This document shows, piece by piece, positions 10,986 through 21,133 of a stretch of 64,000 nt of DNA; the first letter of the stretch is position 1; the number at the start of each line of letters is the position of its first letter. A program made the translations under genes and the position numbers. The notes under the pieces are model-generated. The model was not told where the DNA came from. It was given only the letters and a program-made list of their open reading frames with translations, and did not search any database. The stretch lies in assembly GCA_047602425.1 (NCBI GenBank), contig JASGHG010000001.1, forward strand, positions 3,264,001 through 3,328,000, written 5' to 3'. This stretch comes from Nibricoccus sp. Its GTDB lineage: Bacteria; Verrucomicrobiota; Verrucomicrobiia; Opitutales; Opitutaceae.

Positions 10986-12049
10986 GTTTTTTCAGCACAA
11001 TGTCCGTCGCCGGTGCAACTGTGAGCCCAAGTGCCATCATCGCGCAACGGATGTTCGTGATCGTGTTGTTTGGAGTTGTCAGAAGGTTGCTGTTTTCCTT
11101 CGCCAGTCGGACGCATTCTCAATTTTTTCAAGAGAACATAGTCATTGTCCAAATCGGCATTGGGCGTGGTGAGCAACCGGTCGCCCGCGAATATGGAGTT
11201 GGCGCCCGCGAGGAAGCAGAGAGCTTGCATCTCGTCGCTCATGGAAGCCCGGCCCGCGGAAAGCCGAACCATGGTGCGCGGCATTAGGATTCTCGCGGTC
11301 GCGACGATGCGAACAAATTCAATTGGATCCACCGGCGGCCGGCCGGCGAGGGGAGTTCCGTCGACTGCGACCAGGGCGTTGATCGGAACGGATTCGGGTT
11401 GGGGACGCATCGAAGCCAGTTCGAACAGTAGTTTAAGGCGGTCCTCGATTTTTTCACCGAGGCCAAGAATGCCGCCGGAGCAGACGGCCATGCCCGCGTC
11501 GCGGACTCGTTCCAGCGTTTGCAACCGATCGTCGTAAGTGCGGGTGGTAATGATGCTGGAGTAGAATTCGCGAGATGTATCTAGATTGTGGTTGTAGACA
11601 TCGCACCCCGCGGCTTTCAGGCGACGGGCCTGTTCGTCGGTCAACATGCCCAGGGTGCAGCAAACTTCCATCCCGAGCGCTTTTACGCCGCTTACTGTTT
11701 CGAGCACACTATCGAATTGCCGGCCATCGCGCACGGATCGCCAGGCCGCACCCATGCAAAATCGCACCGCTCCGCCGGCCTTGGCGTGGCGCGCATCTTT
11801 GAGAATTTCTTCGGTTGCCATCAACGCCTCGGCTTCGACGAACGTTTCGCTGCGTGAACTCTGCGGGCAATACGCGCAATCTTCCGGGCAACCGCCCGTT
11901 TTGATCGAGGACAAGGCGCACATCATGACGACACTGGGGTCGTGATGTTGGTGGTGAATGGACTGTGCGCGAAAGATCAGTGTTGTGAACGGCAATTCGT
12001 AAATCTCGCGAACGTGGGCAAGCGTGAGCATGTTTTCGGTGGATATCAT
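10982..12049 (-). CDS. bioB: Biotin synthase (radical SAM)
   Basis: [25 protein letters not shown] and VRLSAGR. Start 12049 overlaps the bioA stop. Confidence 0.95.
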   Translation of the reverse strand: MISTENMLTLAHVREIYELPFTTLIFRAQSIHHQHHDPSVVMMCALSSIKTGGCPEDCAYCPQSSRSETFVEAEALMATEEILKDARHAKAGGAVRFCMGAAWRSVRDGRQFDSVLETVSGVKALGMEVCCTLGMLTDEQARRLKAAGCDVYNHNLDTSREFYSSIITTRTYDDRLQTLERVRDAGMAVCSGGILGLGEKIEDRLKLLFELASMRPQPESVPINALVAVDGTPLAGRPPVDPIEFVRIVATARILMPRTMVRLSAGRASMSDEMQALCFLAGANSIFAGDRLLTTPNADLDNDYVLLKKLRMRPTGEGKQQPSDNSKQHDHEHPLRDDGTWAHSCTGDGHCAEKT

Positions 12050-13419
12050 GGTAAAACCGGCAGGGTGGGGATCGACGGAGCAATCGTCGCGATCGATTGG
12101 GCGAGTGTCGTGGTTAGGAAATTGATCTCGTCTCGATTGATCGCGAGTGGAGGGACAAGCAGTACGCTGTCGCCCAGCGGACGTAGCACGAGTCCGCGAC
12201 GACGCGCTTCGTAACAGACTTGCAGGGCTCCGCGAACGCCGGGGGACCATCTCGCATTCGCGTCGGCGGGGCCAAGGTCCACGGCGGCGGCAAAACCGAG
12301 CTGGCGTACGGCACGAACATGGAGTCGGTGGCACAGCGACTTTTCGACTGCTTCGCCGAACCACGCGATACCTTCAGCCAATCGCCCGGAAGAAATAAAT
12401 TTTTCGAGTTTGGTTATACTTTCGAGCGCCACCGCGCAACCCAACGGATTGCCCGTGAACGTGTGTCCATGATAAAAGGCTCGATGCTCCTCCCAAGCGC
12501 CAAGATGGGCGCGATAAATCGCCTCACTGGCCAGCGTTGCCGCAAGCGGGATGTAACCAGCGGTCAAACCCTTGGCGAGGCAGATAAAGTCCGCATGAAC
12601 GCCGAGAGATTCTCCAGCCAATAAATGTCCGAGACGTCCAAACGCGACGAACACTTCGTCCAGAATCAGGTGTACGCCATGGAGCCGGCAAAGTTGTGCG
12701 ACCTCACGGACGAAAGCGACTGGTTGTTGGCGCATTCCGGCCGCGCCTTGCACGAAAGGCTCCAGAACCAGACAGGCGCATTCACTACTATGAGATCGGA
12801 GAAACGCGGAAAGATGAGCGATTGCATTTGCGTGGTCGCTGCATGAAACAACGCCGTTGACCTCTTCGTGGTAGGGCGCAGGAAACCGATCTACGGGAAA
12901 GAACCAAGGTTGGAAACGTTGATGAAATACGCCGCTATCACCCAAAGCCATCGTACCAAAACTGTCGCCGTGGTAAGCATGCTCCATCGCCAGAATTCGC
13001 CGGCGCTCAGGACGGCCCTGAAGCTGCCAGTATTGCAGAGACATTTTTACCGCGATCTCGACGGCCATAGCGCCGCAATCGCTATAAAAAACCCGAGGCA
13101 AACGACCGGAAGTCAGTCCCGCGAGTCGTGCGGACAATTGATCGGCAGCCGGATGGTGCAAACCCAGCAGCGTGGTATGCGCGACCTTTTCGAGCTGGCG
13201 AGTTAGTGCGGCGTTAAGTTCTGGATCATTATGCCCGTGAACGTTTGTCCATATCGACGCATTGCCATCGAGATAGCGACGCCCAGCCGCGTCTTCCAAC
13301 CAACACCCTTGAGCCCGTGTCACCGCCAGCCGCGGTCCGTTTAGGTACTCGCTCATCTGAGTGAACGGATGCCAGGAGTGGTTGACATCCGCAGAATCTG
13401 AAGAGCAGGCAGTCGACAT
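12046..13419 (-). CDS. bioA: Adenosylmethionine-8-amino-7-oxononanoate aminotransferase
   Basis: [32 protein letters not shown] and HGHTFTGNP. Confidence 0.95.
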   Translation of the reverse strand: MSTACSSDSADVNHSWHPFTQMSEYLNGPRLAVTRAQGCWLEDAAGRRYLDGNASIWTNVHGHNDPELNAALTRQLEKVAHTTLLGLHHPAADQLSARLAGLTSGRLPRVFYSDCGAMAVEIAVKMSLQYWQLQGRPERRRILAMEHAYHGDSFGTMALGDSGVFHQRFQPWFFPVDRFPAPYHEEVNGVVSCSDHANAIAHLSAFLRSHSSECACLVLEPFVQGAAGMRQQPVAFVREVAQLCRLHGVHLILDEVFVAFGRLGHLLAGESLGVHADFICLAKGLTAGYIPLAATLASEAIYRAHLGAWEEHRAFYHGHTFTGNPLGCAVALESITKLEKFISSGRLAEGIAWFGEAVEKSLCHRLHVRAVRQLGFAAAVDLGPADANARWSPGVRGALQVCYEARRRGLVLRPLGDSVLLVPPLAINRDEINFLTTTLAQSIATIAPSIPTLPVLP

Positions 13420-13451
13420 TGTTAGTTAATTTAAAAACTAGGTTAACAATG
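13417..13451. promoter_or_regulatory. BirA-type biotin operator overlapping the bioA start codon
   Basis: CATTGTTA-19 bp-TAACAATG is a perfect inverted repeat. It reads as TGTTAgt-N15-GTTAACA, matching BirA half-sites and spacing. Confidence 0.65.
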
Positions 13452-13701
13452 CAGACGAGCTCACGGCCAGCAGAAAAATCTCAGTTGAGGAAACAGTGAT
13501 CCACCAGAAGCCCTGGTATTTGAACCAGCAAAAGGTGTACCGAAGTCGCGCTCGGTAGAGACAGCGGCGATCGATGATCTGTTGCACCTCTTTGCCTTGT
13601 TCGAGTTTGGCCGCTGACGAACAGCAGAATAATAGCCTCTGTACTGCGCTTGGACTATTCGTCGACTGACCTCCGCCTTGCTCCGACGTACCTTCAGGAT
13701 T

Positions 13702-13776
13702 TGGCGCCCCCACCGGGAATCGAACCCGGCTTTAAAGATTGAGAATCTCTTGTCCTAACCGATAGACGATGGGGGC
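13702..13776 (-). tRNA. tRNA-Glu (anticodon CTC)
   Basis: Minus strand reads GCCCCCATCGTCTATCGGTTAGGAC...TTCTCAA loop...GGTTCGATTCC...GGGGGCGCCA; 75 nt with encoded CCA. Confidence 0.97.
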
Positions 13777-13911
13777 GTCTGAAGGGAGGAAGAGCGTTTA
13801 AAGTTTTGGCGTGCTGTCAACACGTCGTTCTCACGCGACTTTGCAGGGGGCGAAACGACCGGCGGGACGCTTTTAACTTCGAAGCTTCGAAAACCGCGGA
13901 GGCCCTTGTTT

Positions 13912-13927
13912 GCTCTGACGTTAGAGC
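13912..13927. promoter_or_regulatory. Putative LacI-family operator, copy 1
   Basis: GCTCTGACGTTAGAGC (extends to TTTG...CAAA); CG-centred palindrome upstream of the TonB receptor. Confidence 0.65.
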
Positions 13928-14056
13928 AAACGCTGCGGTTTGCGCCACGGCCATTTCTCGGCATGCAAATCGCTCATTCTCCGAGGGGAAACGCGGTTTT
14001 AACGCCAATGGCGGAAAACAGTTTCGCGATACCTCAGGGACGAATTTCGACGTCGC

Positions 14057-14072
14057 ACTCTAACGACAGAGC
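14057..14072. promoter_or_regulatory. Putative LacI-family operator, copy 2
   Basis: ACTCTAACGACAGAGC (reverse complement GCTCTGTCGTTAGAGT). Confidence 0.55.
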
Positions 14073-14285
14073 GCTCGCCCCATTGCGGCAGAAAACTCGA
14101 AATCTCACACCCGAAATCGTCGGGGCAACCTCCAATTCCCCGTCACGTAACCAAAAAGTCAATACAGCATCACCCCCGCTTCCCGGAGTCATCCCTTTTT
14201 TCGCATCAGGCTGCCGGCCTCCCTTGCCGGCTGTTTTGTGCGCATCACCGACAACCCCCACCAACGGCATCAACCAATAAACCGT

Positions 14286-16802
14286 ATGCAAAATACACCC
14301 ATGGTACCAACCAGTAAACACCGCAGGAAGGCACTCCTGTTGTTGTCCACCCTGTTCGCGGCTGGCCTCTCGGCTCAGACCGCAGTCGAGCCGACCTCAA
14401 CCACAAACGCGAAGACGGAAACTTTTTCGGGCGAGGACGTCGTCAAACTTTCTCCCTTCGAAGTCACGACCGAGAAGGACACCGGATACAAGGCCTCCAA
14501 CTCCCTGGCCGGCACGCGTTCCAATACTCCGATCAAGGATATTGCGCTCAACATTCAGGTCTTCACCAAAGATCTTACCGACGATCTCGTCATCGCCGAC
14601 CATACCGCGTTGGAACGTTACAATGCGGCTCTGGTTAACGGCGGCGCCGACGTGCAGTCGGACAACAACATTCAGCAGGCTTACAATAACTTCCTCTTCC
14701 GCGGTTTTATTCAAAACTGGGGTATGCGCGATGGCATTCGTGAGTATGATCCAGTCGATGCGCAAGGTCTCGCTCGTGTGGAAATCGTCAAAGGCCCTGC
14801 GGCTGCGCTGTATGGTCTTTCCTATGCCGGTGGTGTGATGAATAGCATCACCAAGACTGCCGATTTGACCAAAAACTTTGGCGCCGTTCGCCTCACTGGC
14901 AGTGACCAGGGTGGCTGGCGCGCAACCATCGATGCCAACTACGCTGGCAAAGTTGGCGAGTCCGGCAAGGTAGCCGTGCGTTACAATGGCGCCTATGCCG
15001 CCACCGAGGACAAACGCGAACACTCCAAGGGCAAAACGCATTTCAATCAGACCAACGTTGCCTGGCAGCCTTGGACTGGCACGACATTGGCCTTGCTTGC
15101 TGAAGAGAGCTGGCGCCAGAAGCCGAGCGGTCTGGGTTACTACACCCGCAACGCGGGCACCAATCCCCTCCGGCCCGACGCCGGTATTGGCGCGAGCATT
15201 CCGCTCCAAGCCGACCACCCCGAAATTCCCTGGACGTGGAACTGGGCCAACTACGAAAATCATCGTTCGCTCGAAACCCGCCTCGTGCGCGGCTCGATCA
15301 CCCAGGCCATTGGTGATTCATTTTTCATCACCGGTTACGTTCAGGCCAATCGCCACCAGAACATCGATAGCAATGGTTGGGACGACAACAACAATAGCCA
15401 AAACGCCGCCGGTTGGGACGTTGCCGGTTGGTCTGAGTTCGGCTCGATTGCCACCGGCTGGTTGAATCCTGGCACTGCCTCCGAAGTGATTCGTAAAGTT
15501 TACCACTGGCGCGATTGGAGCAATACGGTCCATGCCGCCGGTCTCAATGCCGTCTATAAATTCGATATTGGCGCTGTGAAGAACACGCTGACTGTCGGTG
15601 GTGCGAAATGGGAAGAGCGCTTCTGGACCAACAAATGGCTGCAGCCTGCCACGACGACCCAATGGTGGGATCTTCCGGTTCGGGCTGGCGTCAGCACCAC
15701 TCCTCCTTCCGGCAATGCGCCGAACGATTTCCGCCACAACACCGGTGAAGGCGGTCGTGAACACAACCAAAACGCTTATCAGTACGTCAGCTGGCAGATC
15801 TCCGCGATCGACAATCGCCTGAAACTGAATGCTGCGGTCAACCGCACCAAGATCGAGAACAAGGCCTGGCCGAATATCTCCGCCGCCGATTACACCCGCC
15901 CCTCAGTCGACGTCTCGAAGACCTCCCCGATGTTTGGCGCCATGTTCGACATCACCAAGGAAATCTCTGTCTTCGCAGTTCATTCGACCTCGCTCTTCCC
16001 GACCACGGACAAGAACGACTTCAACCAAGCCCTTCCTCCGGAAGTGGGCAAGAGCAACGAAGTGGGTGTGAAAATCGAACTGCTCAATGGCAAGATTTCT
16101 GGAACCATCAGCTATTACCAAATCAAGAAGACCGGCGGCGGCTCGCACGACGCCAACGCAGTGAACCAAAACAAACTGCTGTGGGATACGTTGACGGTGG
16201 CACAGCGCATGACCACGTTCGGTATCACCAACGCCCAAGCTTCCGATCCGAACTACCGCAACCTGTTGCTCGATCGCACAGGCAATCTTGGCGACCTCGT
16301 TCCCGCTGAACGCGAGTCGAAGGGCTACGAAGCCGACATCGTCTTCCAGCCGACCAAGAGCCTCCAGATCGTCACCAGCTACGCCCACAACACCGAGGAG
16401 TCCACCAAGGGTGACAACAAAGGCGAAACAGTTGGCGGTCACATCAAGGATCAGTTCTCCGCGCTCTCCAAGTACACCTTCAATGAAGGCGCGATCAAAG
16501 GTCTGTCGCTCGGTCTTGGCTTCCAGTACGCCGGCAAAGCTCACCAGGATTACATGAGGGATGGAGCGAATCGGAAAATCGATCGTTTCAACCCTGCGAC
16601 CAAATACGTCGAGCTCTTCGGCTCATACCGTTACAGGGCCTTTGGTTATAGCCAAATAGTTCAGCTCAACGTCAAGAATCTGACGAAGCAGGACGATTTC
16701 ATCGGATGGAAACCGACAGGCAACGCCGCCACGGTCGCCACGGAACGTTATGCGGTTCCGACCTATGCGCGCATCAGCCTGACCTGGGGTTTGGACTTCT
16801 AA
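14286..16802 (+). CDS. TonB-dependent outer-membrane receptor
   Basis: Signal peptide; VVKLSPFEVTTEKDTGYKASNSLAGTR plug start; RVEIVKGPAAALYG; C-terminal Phe. Start could be 14286 or 14301. Confidence 0.93.
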   Translation: MQNTPMVPTSKHRRKALLLLSTLFAAGLSAQTAVEPTSTTNAKTETFSGEDVVKLSPFEVTTEKDTGYKASNSLAGTRSNTPIKDIALNIQVFTKDLTDDLVIADHTALERYNAALVNGGADVQSDNNIQQAYNNFLFRGFIQNWGMRDGIREYDPVDAQGLARVEIVKGPAAALYGLSYAGGVMNSITKTADLTKNFGAVRLTGSDQGGWRATIDANYAGKVGESGKVAVRYNGAYAATEDKREHSKGKTHFNQTNVAWQPWTGTTLALLAEESWRQKPSGLGYYTRNAGTNPLRPDAGIGASIPLQADHPEIPWTWNWANYENHRSLETRLVRGSITQAIGDSFFITGYVQANRHQNIDSNGWDDNNNSQNAAGWDVAGWSEFGSIATGWLNPGTASEVIRKVYHWRDWSNTVHAAGLNAVYKFDIGAVKNTLTVGGAKWEERFWTNKWLQPATTTQWWDLPVRAGVSTTPPSGNAPNDFRHNTGEGGREHNQNAYQYVSWQISAIDNRLKLNAAVNRTKIENKAWPNISAADYTRPSVDVSKTSPMFGAMFDITKEISVFAVHSTSLFPTTDKNDFNQALPPEVGKSNEVGVKIELLNGKISGTISYYQIKKTGGGSHDANAVNQNKLLWDTLTVAQRMTTFGITNAQASDPNYRNLLLDRTGNLGDLVPAERESKGYEADIVFQPTKSLQIVTSYAHNTEESTKGDNKGETVGGHIKDQFSALSKYTFNEGAIKGLSLGLGFQYAGKAHQDYMRDGANRKIDRFNPATKYVELFGSYRYRAFGYSQIVQLNVKNLTKQDDFIGWKPTGNAATVATERYAVPTYARISLTWGLDF

Positions 16803-16830
16803 TTTAGGTTCGGAAGTCTTGTGTGGTAGG

Positions 16831-16867
16831 AAGAGGGCGAGATAACTTCTCGCCCTCTTTTATTTTT
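16831..16867 (+). terminator. Intrinsic terminator after the TonB receptor
   Basis: AAGAGGGCGAGA-TAACT-TCTCGCCCTCTT stem followed by a T-rich tract. Confidence 0.8.
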
Positions 16868-16921
16868 GATAGACACCAGAAGGACGAATTTCTGTTGTTT
16901 ATTTTTAATCACCGCATTGCC

Positions 16922-17302
16922 ATGACCACTGCTTCACCCCTTCGCATGCGCCTGCAAGCCACCGCGGCTTTGATCGTTGGCTTGGTCATTTGGTTGCGGT
17001 TGCGTGGCCTTTGGCCGGCGGCATTCTCCGGCATACTCGCCGCCTTGGCCCTTTTGGCTTGGACGTCACCGGCTCGCTATCGGCCCGTGCAGCATGGGCT
17101 CGACATCTTGGCGCGGTGGATTGCGACAGGCTTTAGCTGGCTTTTACTCGGGCTGATTTACTTCGGATTGTTTGCGCCAGTGCGTTGGCTCGGTGCGCTT
17201 TCCGGGCGGGATCCTTTGAAGTTAAAAGCACGTGCCGATGGAGCGTCCTATCTCGAACCGATTCAGGCGCCTGCGGAGGATCGCTTTACGCGCCAGTTTT
17301 GA
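16922..17302 (+). CDS. SxtJ-like small membrane protein
   Basis: Three hydrophobic segments, LLGLIYFGLFAP, GRDPLKL and C-terminal RQF; directly before a carbamoyltransferase. Confidence 0.75.
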   Translation: MTTASPLRMRLQATAALIVGLVIWLRLRGLWPAAFSGILAALALLAWTSPARYRPVQHGLDILARWIATGFSWLLLGLIYFGLFAPVRWLGALSGRDPLKLKARADGASYLEPIQAPAEDRFTRQF

Positions 17303-17306
17303 GCCA

Positions 17307-19121
17307 ATGCGCATCCTCGGCATCAGCGCTTTTTATCATGACTCCGCCGCGGTCCTGCTGGAGGACGGTTGCATCGTGGCCGCGGTGCAGGAGGAGCGCT
17401 TCAGTAGAAAAAAACACGACGCCTCCTTTCCACGTGGCGCGACCGCTTGGTGCCTGAACCAGGCGCATGGTCCAATTGAGGCGGTTGTTTACTATGAAAA
17501 ACCGCTTTTGAAATTTGAGCGTATCTTGCGCACGGCGTTCGCGGTGGCGCCGAGCGGCTTCCGCGCTTTCGCTGCAGCAATTCCCGATTGGCTGCAAAAT
17601 AAACTTTGGTTGCCGTCCCTGATCGAGCAGGAGCTGGCAAAACTTGGATGTCCGGACGTGCCGATATTTTTTTCCGGTCATCACGAGAGTCATGCGGCCA
17701 GTGCGTTTTTTGCTTCGCCGTTTGAGCGGGCGGCGATCCTCACGCTTGATGGTGTGGGCGAATGGACGACGACTACGCTTGGGCGCGGACGTGGCAATCA
17801 CTTGGAGCTTCTTCAGGAGCTGCGTTTCCCTCACTCGCTCGGGCTTTTGTATTCAGCTTTCACTTACCATTGTGGCTTTCGCGTCAACTCCGGCGAATAC
17901 AAGCTCATGGGGCTTGCTCCGTATGGAAAACCGCGTTTTGCCGAAACCATTCGAAAGAATCTGGTCGATCTGAAGGACGACGGTTCTTTCCGATTGAATC
18001 TCGACTATTTTGGCTATCTGCAAGGGCAGGCTATGACGAACAACCGGTTTGGGGAACTATTTAACGTTCCGCGGCGTCTCCCCGAAGCCGAACTCACTCA
18101 GTCATACTGTGATTTGGCTCGATCGATTCAGGAGGTTACCGAAGAGATCGTGTTGAAACTCGCTCGCACGGTTCATCGCATGACGGGTGAGGCAAATTTG
18201 TGTCTGGCCGGTGGCGTTGCCCTTAACTGCGTGGCGAACGGACGCCTTTTGCGCGAGGGGCCCTTCAAACAGATTTGGGTGCAACCCGCCTCGGGTGACG
18301 CTGGTGGTGCGCTTGGCGCAGCACTGGCCTTGCATCATTTGCATTTTAAAAATCAGCGGCCCGTGCCAAATGCCGACCTCATGAACGGCGCGTTTCTCGG
18401 GCCTTCGTATGGCGATGAAGAGATATTGGCGGCGATCGGACAGGAAGGACTGATTTCGCGGCGGATGTCCGATGAAGAGCTTTATCCTCATATCGCACGG
18501 CTTATTGCCGATGGCAAAGTGGTCGGCTTTGTGCGGGGCTGCGCCGAATTTGGACCGCGGGCCTTGGGCGCGCGTTCGATTTTGGCGGATGCCCGGTCGA
18601 CCGAAATGCAGTCAAAGCTGAATCTGAAGATTAAATTCCGAGAATCATTTCGTCCCTTTGCTCCCGTGGTATTGGCTGAACGCACGGGCGAATATTTCGA
18701 TCTTCAGACGCCCTCTCCGTATATGCTGGTCACTGCTCCAGTGCAGACTGCGCGCCGCCGACCTATCGCCAAAACCTCTGGTCAATCCCTAATGGAGCGC
18801 ATGCGCGAGATTCGGTCCGACATTCCGGCGGTGACTCATCTCGATTATTCGGCGCGTGTGCAAACGGTGGATGCGCGCGAAAATCCGGCGCTATATGCTC
18901 TGTTAACCGCATTTGACCGCCTCACCGGTTGCCCCGTATTGATCAACACTTCTTTCAACGTGCGCGGTGAGCCACCGGTTTGCCATCCGCGTGAGGCCAT
19001 CGCTTGCTTTCTCGATACCGGTATCGACGTGCTCGTACTCGGCAATCACGTGATCGACAAGAACGATTTGCCCGCCGAAATTATCCAACAACGCCAACCC
19101 CGAACTTTCGCCCCTGACTAA
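17307..19121 (+). CDS. NodU/CmcH/SxtI-family O-carbamoyltransferase
   Basis: MRILGISAFYHDSAA, EERFSRKKHD, HHESHAASAF, DGVGEW, GEYKLMGLAPYG, EFGPRALG, KFRESFRPFAP and NTSFNVRGEP. Confidence 0.95.
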   Translation: MRILGISAFYHDSAAVLLEDGCIVAAVQEERFSRKKHDASFPRGATAWCLNQAHGPIEAVVYYEKPLLKFERILRTAFAVAPSGFRAFAAAIPDWLQNKLWLPSLIEQELAKLGCPDVPIFFSGHHESHAASAFFASPFERAAILTLDGVGEWTTTTLGRGRGNHLELLQELRFPHSLGLLYSAFTYHCGFRVNSGEYKLMGLAPYGKPRFAETIRKNLVDLKDDGSFRLNLDYFGYLQGQAMTNNRFGELFNVPRRLPEAELTQSYCDLARSIQEVTEEIVLKLARTVHRMTGEANLCLAGGVALNCVANGRLLREGPFKQIWVQPASGDAGGALGAALALHHLHFKNQRPVPNADLMNGAFLGPSYGDEEILAAIGQEGLISRRMSDEELYPHIARLIADGKVVGFVRGCAEFGPRALGARSILADARSTEMQSKLNLKIKFRESFRPFAPVVLAERTGEYFDLQTPSPYMLVTAPVQTARRRPIAKTSGQSLMERMREIRSDIPAVTHLDYSARVQTVDARENPALYALLTAFDRLTGCPVLINTSFNVRGEPPVCHPREAIACFLDTGIDVLVLGNHVIDKNDLPAEIIQQRQPRTFAPD

Positions 19122-19142
19122 TTTATCGGTTTTAGCCAAACC

Positions 19143-19169
19143 AGCGCATTGAGGTCAATGCGCTCCACC
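19143..19169 (-). repeat. Solitary REP-like palindrome
   Basis: AGCGCATTGA-GG-TCAATGCGCT forms a perfect 10-bp stem; on the minus strand it is preceded by GGTGG (REP-type foot). Confidence 0.55.
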
Positions 19170-19191
19170 CCGATCCTCTTTCCTCATTAAA

Positions 19192-19356
19192 ATGCGCCGC
19201 TTGAAAAATTTCGTTCGCCTCATGGGTGACCTCTGGGGTTTTGCAAAAACGCATAAAACCTGGTGGATTATTCCGCTCGTGTTGATCCTGTTGCTCGTTT
19301 CCGTGCTGATCATTGGTGTGTCCACGATTTCGCCGTTTATATATTCATTGTTCTAA
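19192..19356 (+). CDS. SxtK-like (DUF5989) 54-aa membrane peptide, absent from the ORF track
   Basis: Translated by hand as MRRLKNFVRLMGDLWGFAKTHKTWWIIPLVLILLLVSVLIIGVSTISPFIYSLF, with the characteristic KxWWxxP and PFIYxLF end. Confidence 0.88.
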   Translation: MRRLKNFVRLMGDLWGFAKTHKTWWIIPLVLILLLVSVLIIGVSTISPFIYSLF

Positions 19357-19362
19357 CCTTTC

Positions 19363-21117
19363 ATGGCGGTATCCCTCTCAGTCTGGAAAAAACTTACGTT
19401 CGGCTTGGTTGTCTCGATTTTTGTCGTGGGTATCGGGTTCGGCCTGCTGGAGGCCGGCCTGCGGCTTGCGGGCTTCGGTCATAGTACGTCTTTTTTTCGG
19501 CAGGAGCGCGATGCGCAAGGCGTGCGTTGGTGGCGGGAGAATCGCTGGGTGACGGCGCCATATTTTCCCCCGGAGTTGATTCGTCGTCCGCAGTCGATTC
19601 GCTTGCCGGTCGAAAAAGCGCCGAACGCGTATCGCATCTTTGTGCTCGGCAGTTCGGCCGCCATGGGCGATCCGGAGCCGGCGTTTTCGCTCGCGCGTCA
19701 ACTGGATGTACTGCTGAGGGAGGCGTATCCAGAAATTCACTTCGAAGTCGTCAACGCGGGCATCACTGCGATCAATTCCCACGTCGTGCGTGCGTTGGCG
19801 TCCGATTGCGCAAAGCTCCAGCCAGACCTTTTTATCGTTTACGAAGGGAACAATGAGGTGATCGGCCCCTACGGTCCTGGCACAGTGTTTAGCCCCTTTC
19901 TAGGATCGTCATCGGCCATTCGCGCTGGACGGATCATCAAGGCTACGCGCACAGGTCAGTTGCTGGCGAAATTAGCGCGAACGCTCGGTTCGTCAAAAAA
20001 GACTCTCGATGACTGGGGCGGCATGCAGATGTTTTTGAAAAACGAGATCGACCGCGACGATCCCCGGCTGGTCACAACGCAAACTTTGTTTCGCGAGAAT
20101 TTACTGGCCATCGCCGAAGCAGGCCGGCGTGCAGGTGCCGGCGTCTTCCTCTGTACGGTGCTGACAAACCAGAAGGACTTTGGGCCATTTGTCTCGCGAC
20201 ACCGCTCCGGTCTTTCGGAGGCGGATAAAAAAACTTGGCAGGTGCTGGTTGATTCGGGGGAGGAGGCGAAATTGCGCGAAGCACTGAAGATCGACGACCA
20301 TTTTGCTGAACTTCATTTTCGATTGGGCCGGCTTTGCCTCGAACAAAACCGTTTGGCTGAGGCCAAAACGTTTTTTCAAAATGCTCTCGATCTGGATGCA
20401 CTGCGGTTTCGCACGGATTCGCGATTGAACGAGGTGATCCGCAATTGTGGCACAGCGCCTGGCGTGACGCTTATCGATCTGGAGGCAGCTGCTTCACGCT
20501 CAACGTCGACGGGCGTTGTTGGCGACGATTTTTTATACGAGCATGTGCATCTCAATTTTCAGGGAACTTATCAGATGGCGCGGGTGCTATTCTCCCAGGT
20601 GTCGGACGAACTGGTTAAAACCGGTAAGATAAAAATGACGAAAGGCGAAGCCGAAGTGCTCACGGTTGCGGAGGTCCGGCAAAGACTGGCTTACACCACC
20701 TACGAACAGGCGATGATTTTGCGGGAAATGCAGGCACGCGTGGCACGGCCGCCATTCACGGCGCAGTCGGACAACGTCGCACGTCAGAAATTCTATGCTG
20801 AGCGGGCGACGCTCGCGGCAAAAATATTGTCGCGACCCGAAACGAAGGACGGCCTCGTGGCGGTCTACGAACATGCGCTGACCGTTCGTCCTGACGACTG
20901 GTTGCTGCGTCGCAACATCGGTATGGCTTACGTGGGATTGGGTTTGGCGGAACGCGCGTTGCCGTTGCTCGAAAAGTCCGTCGCAATTATTCCCGACGAC
21001 GCTGACAGCCTTTTTGCGCTCGGCATGGCACAGAGGCAACTTGGACAAAACGATGCCGCGGCGAAAACCTTCGCGAGTCTGCGCAAGTTGGAGCCACGTT
21101 ATCCGGGAGTGCCGTAA
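19363..21117 (+). CDS. Membrane-anchored SGNH/GDSL-hydrolase-fold protein with TPR repeats
   Basis: N-terminal TM plus LEAGLRLAG; blocks FVLGSSAAMG, VVNAG, YEGNNE and EHVH; TPR-like helices in the C-terminal half. Confidence 0.85.
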   Translation: MAVSLSVWKKLTFGLVVSIFVVGIGFGLLEAGLRLAGFGHSTSFFRQERDAQGVRWWRENRWVTAPYFPPELIRRPQSIRLPVEKAPNAYRIFVLGSSAAMGDPEPAFSLARQLDVLLREAYPEIHFEVVNAGITAINSHVVRALASDCAKLQPDLFIVYEGNNEVIGPYGPGTVFSPFLGSSSAIRAGRIIKATRTGQLLAKLARTLGSSKKTLDDWGGMQMFLKNEIDRDDPRLVTTQTLFRENLLAIAEAGRRAGAGVFLCTVLTNQKDFGPFVSRHRSGLSEADKKTWQVLVDSGEEAKLREALKIDDHFAELHFRLGRLCLEQNRLAEAKTFFQNALDLDALRFRTDSRLNEVIRNCGTAPGVTLIDLEAAASRSTSTGVVGDDFLYEHVHLNFQGTYQMARVLFSQVSDELVKTGKIKMTKGEAEVLTVAEVRQRLAYTTYEQAMILREMQARVARPPFTAQSDNVARQKFYAERATLAAKILSRPETKDGLVAVYEHALTVRPDDWLLRRNIGMAYVGLGLAERALPLLEKSVAIIPDDADSLFALGMAQRQLGQNDAAAKTFASLRKLEPRYPGVP

Positions 21118-21133
21118 AAGTTGGGCGTTGGGC

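Noticed and set aside
13438..13713. 91-aa minus-strand ORF between tRNA-Glu and bioA
   Set aside because: It starts inside the tRNA, ends in the operator and has no recognisable motif.
7783..13776. bio operon as an island integrated at tRNA-Glu
   Set aside because: No integrase and no duplicated tRNA 3' end were seen at the far boundary near 7783-7806; adjacency alone is insufficient.
16922..19356. Saxitoxin biosynthesis cluster
   Set aside because: Only SxtI/J/K-like genes are present; sxtA, sxtG and the other core genes are absent.
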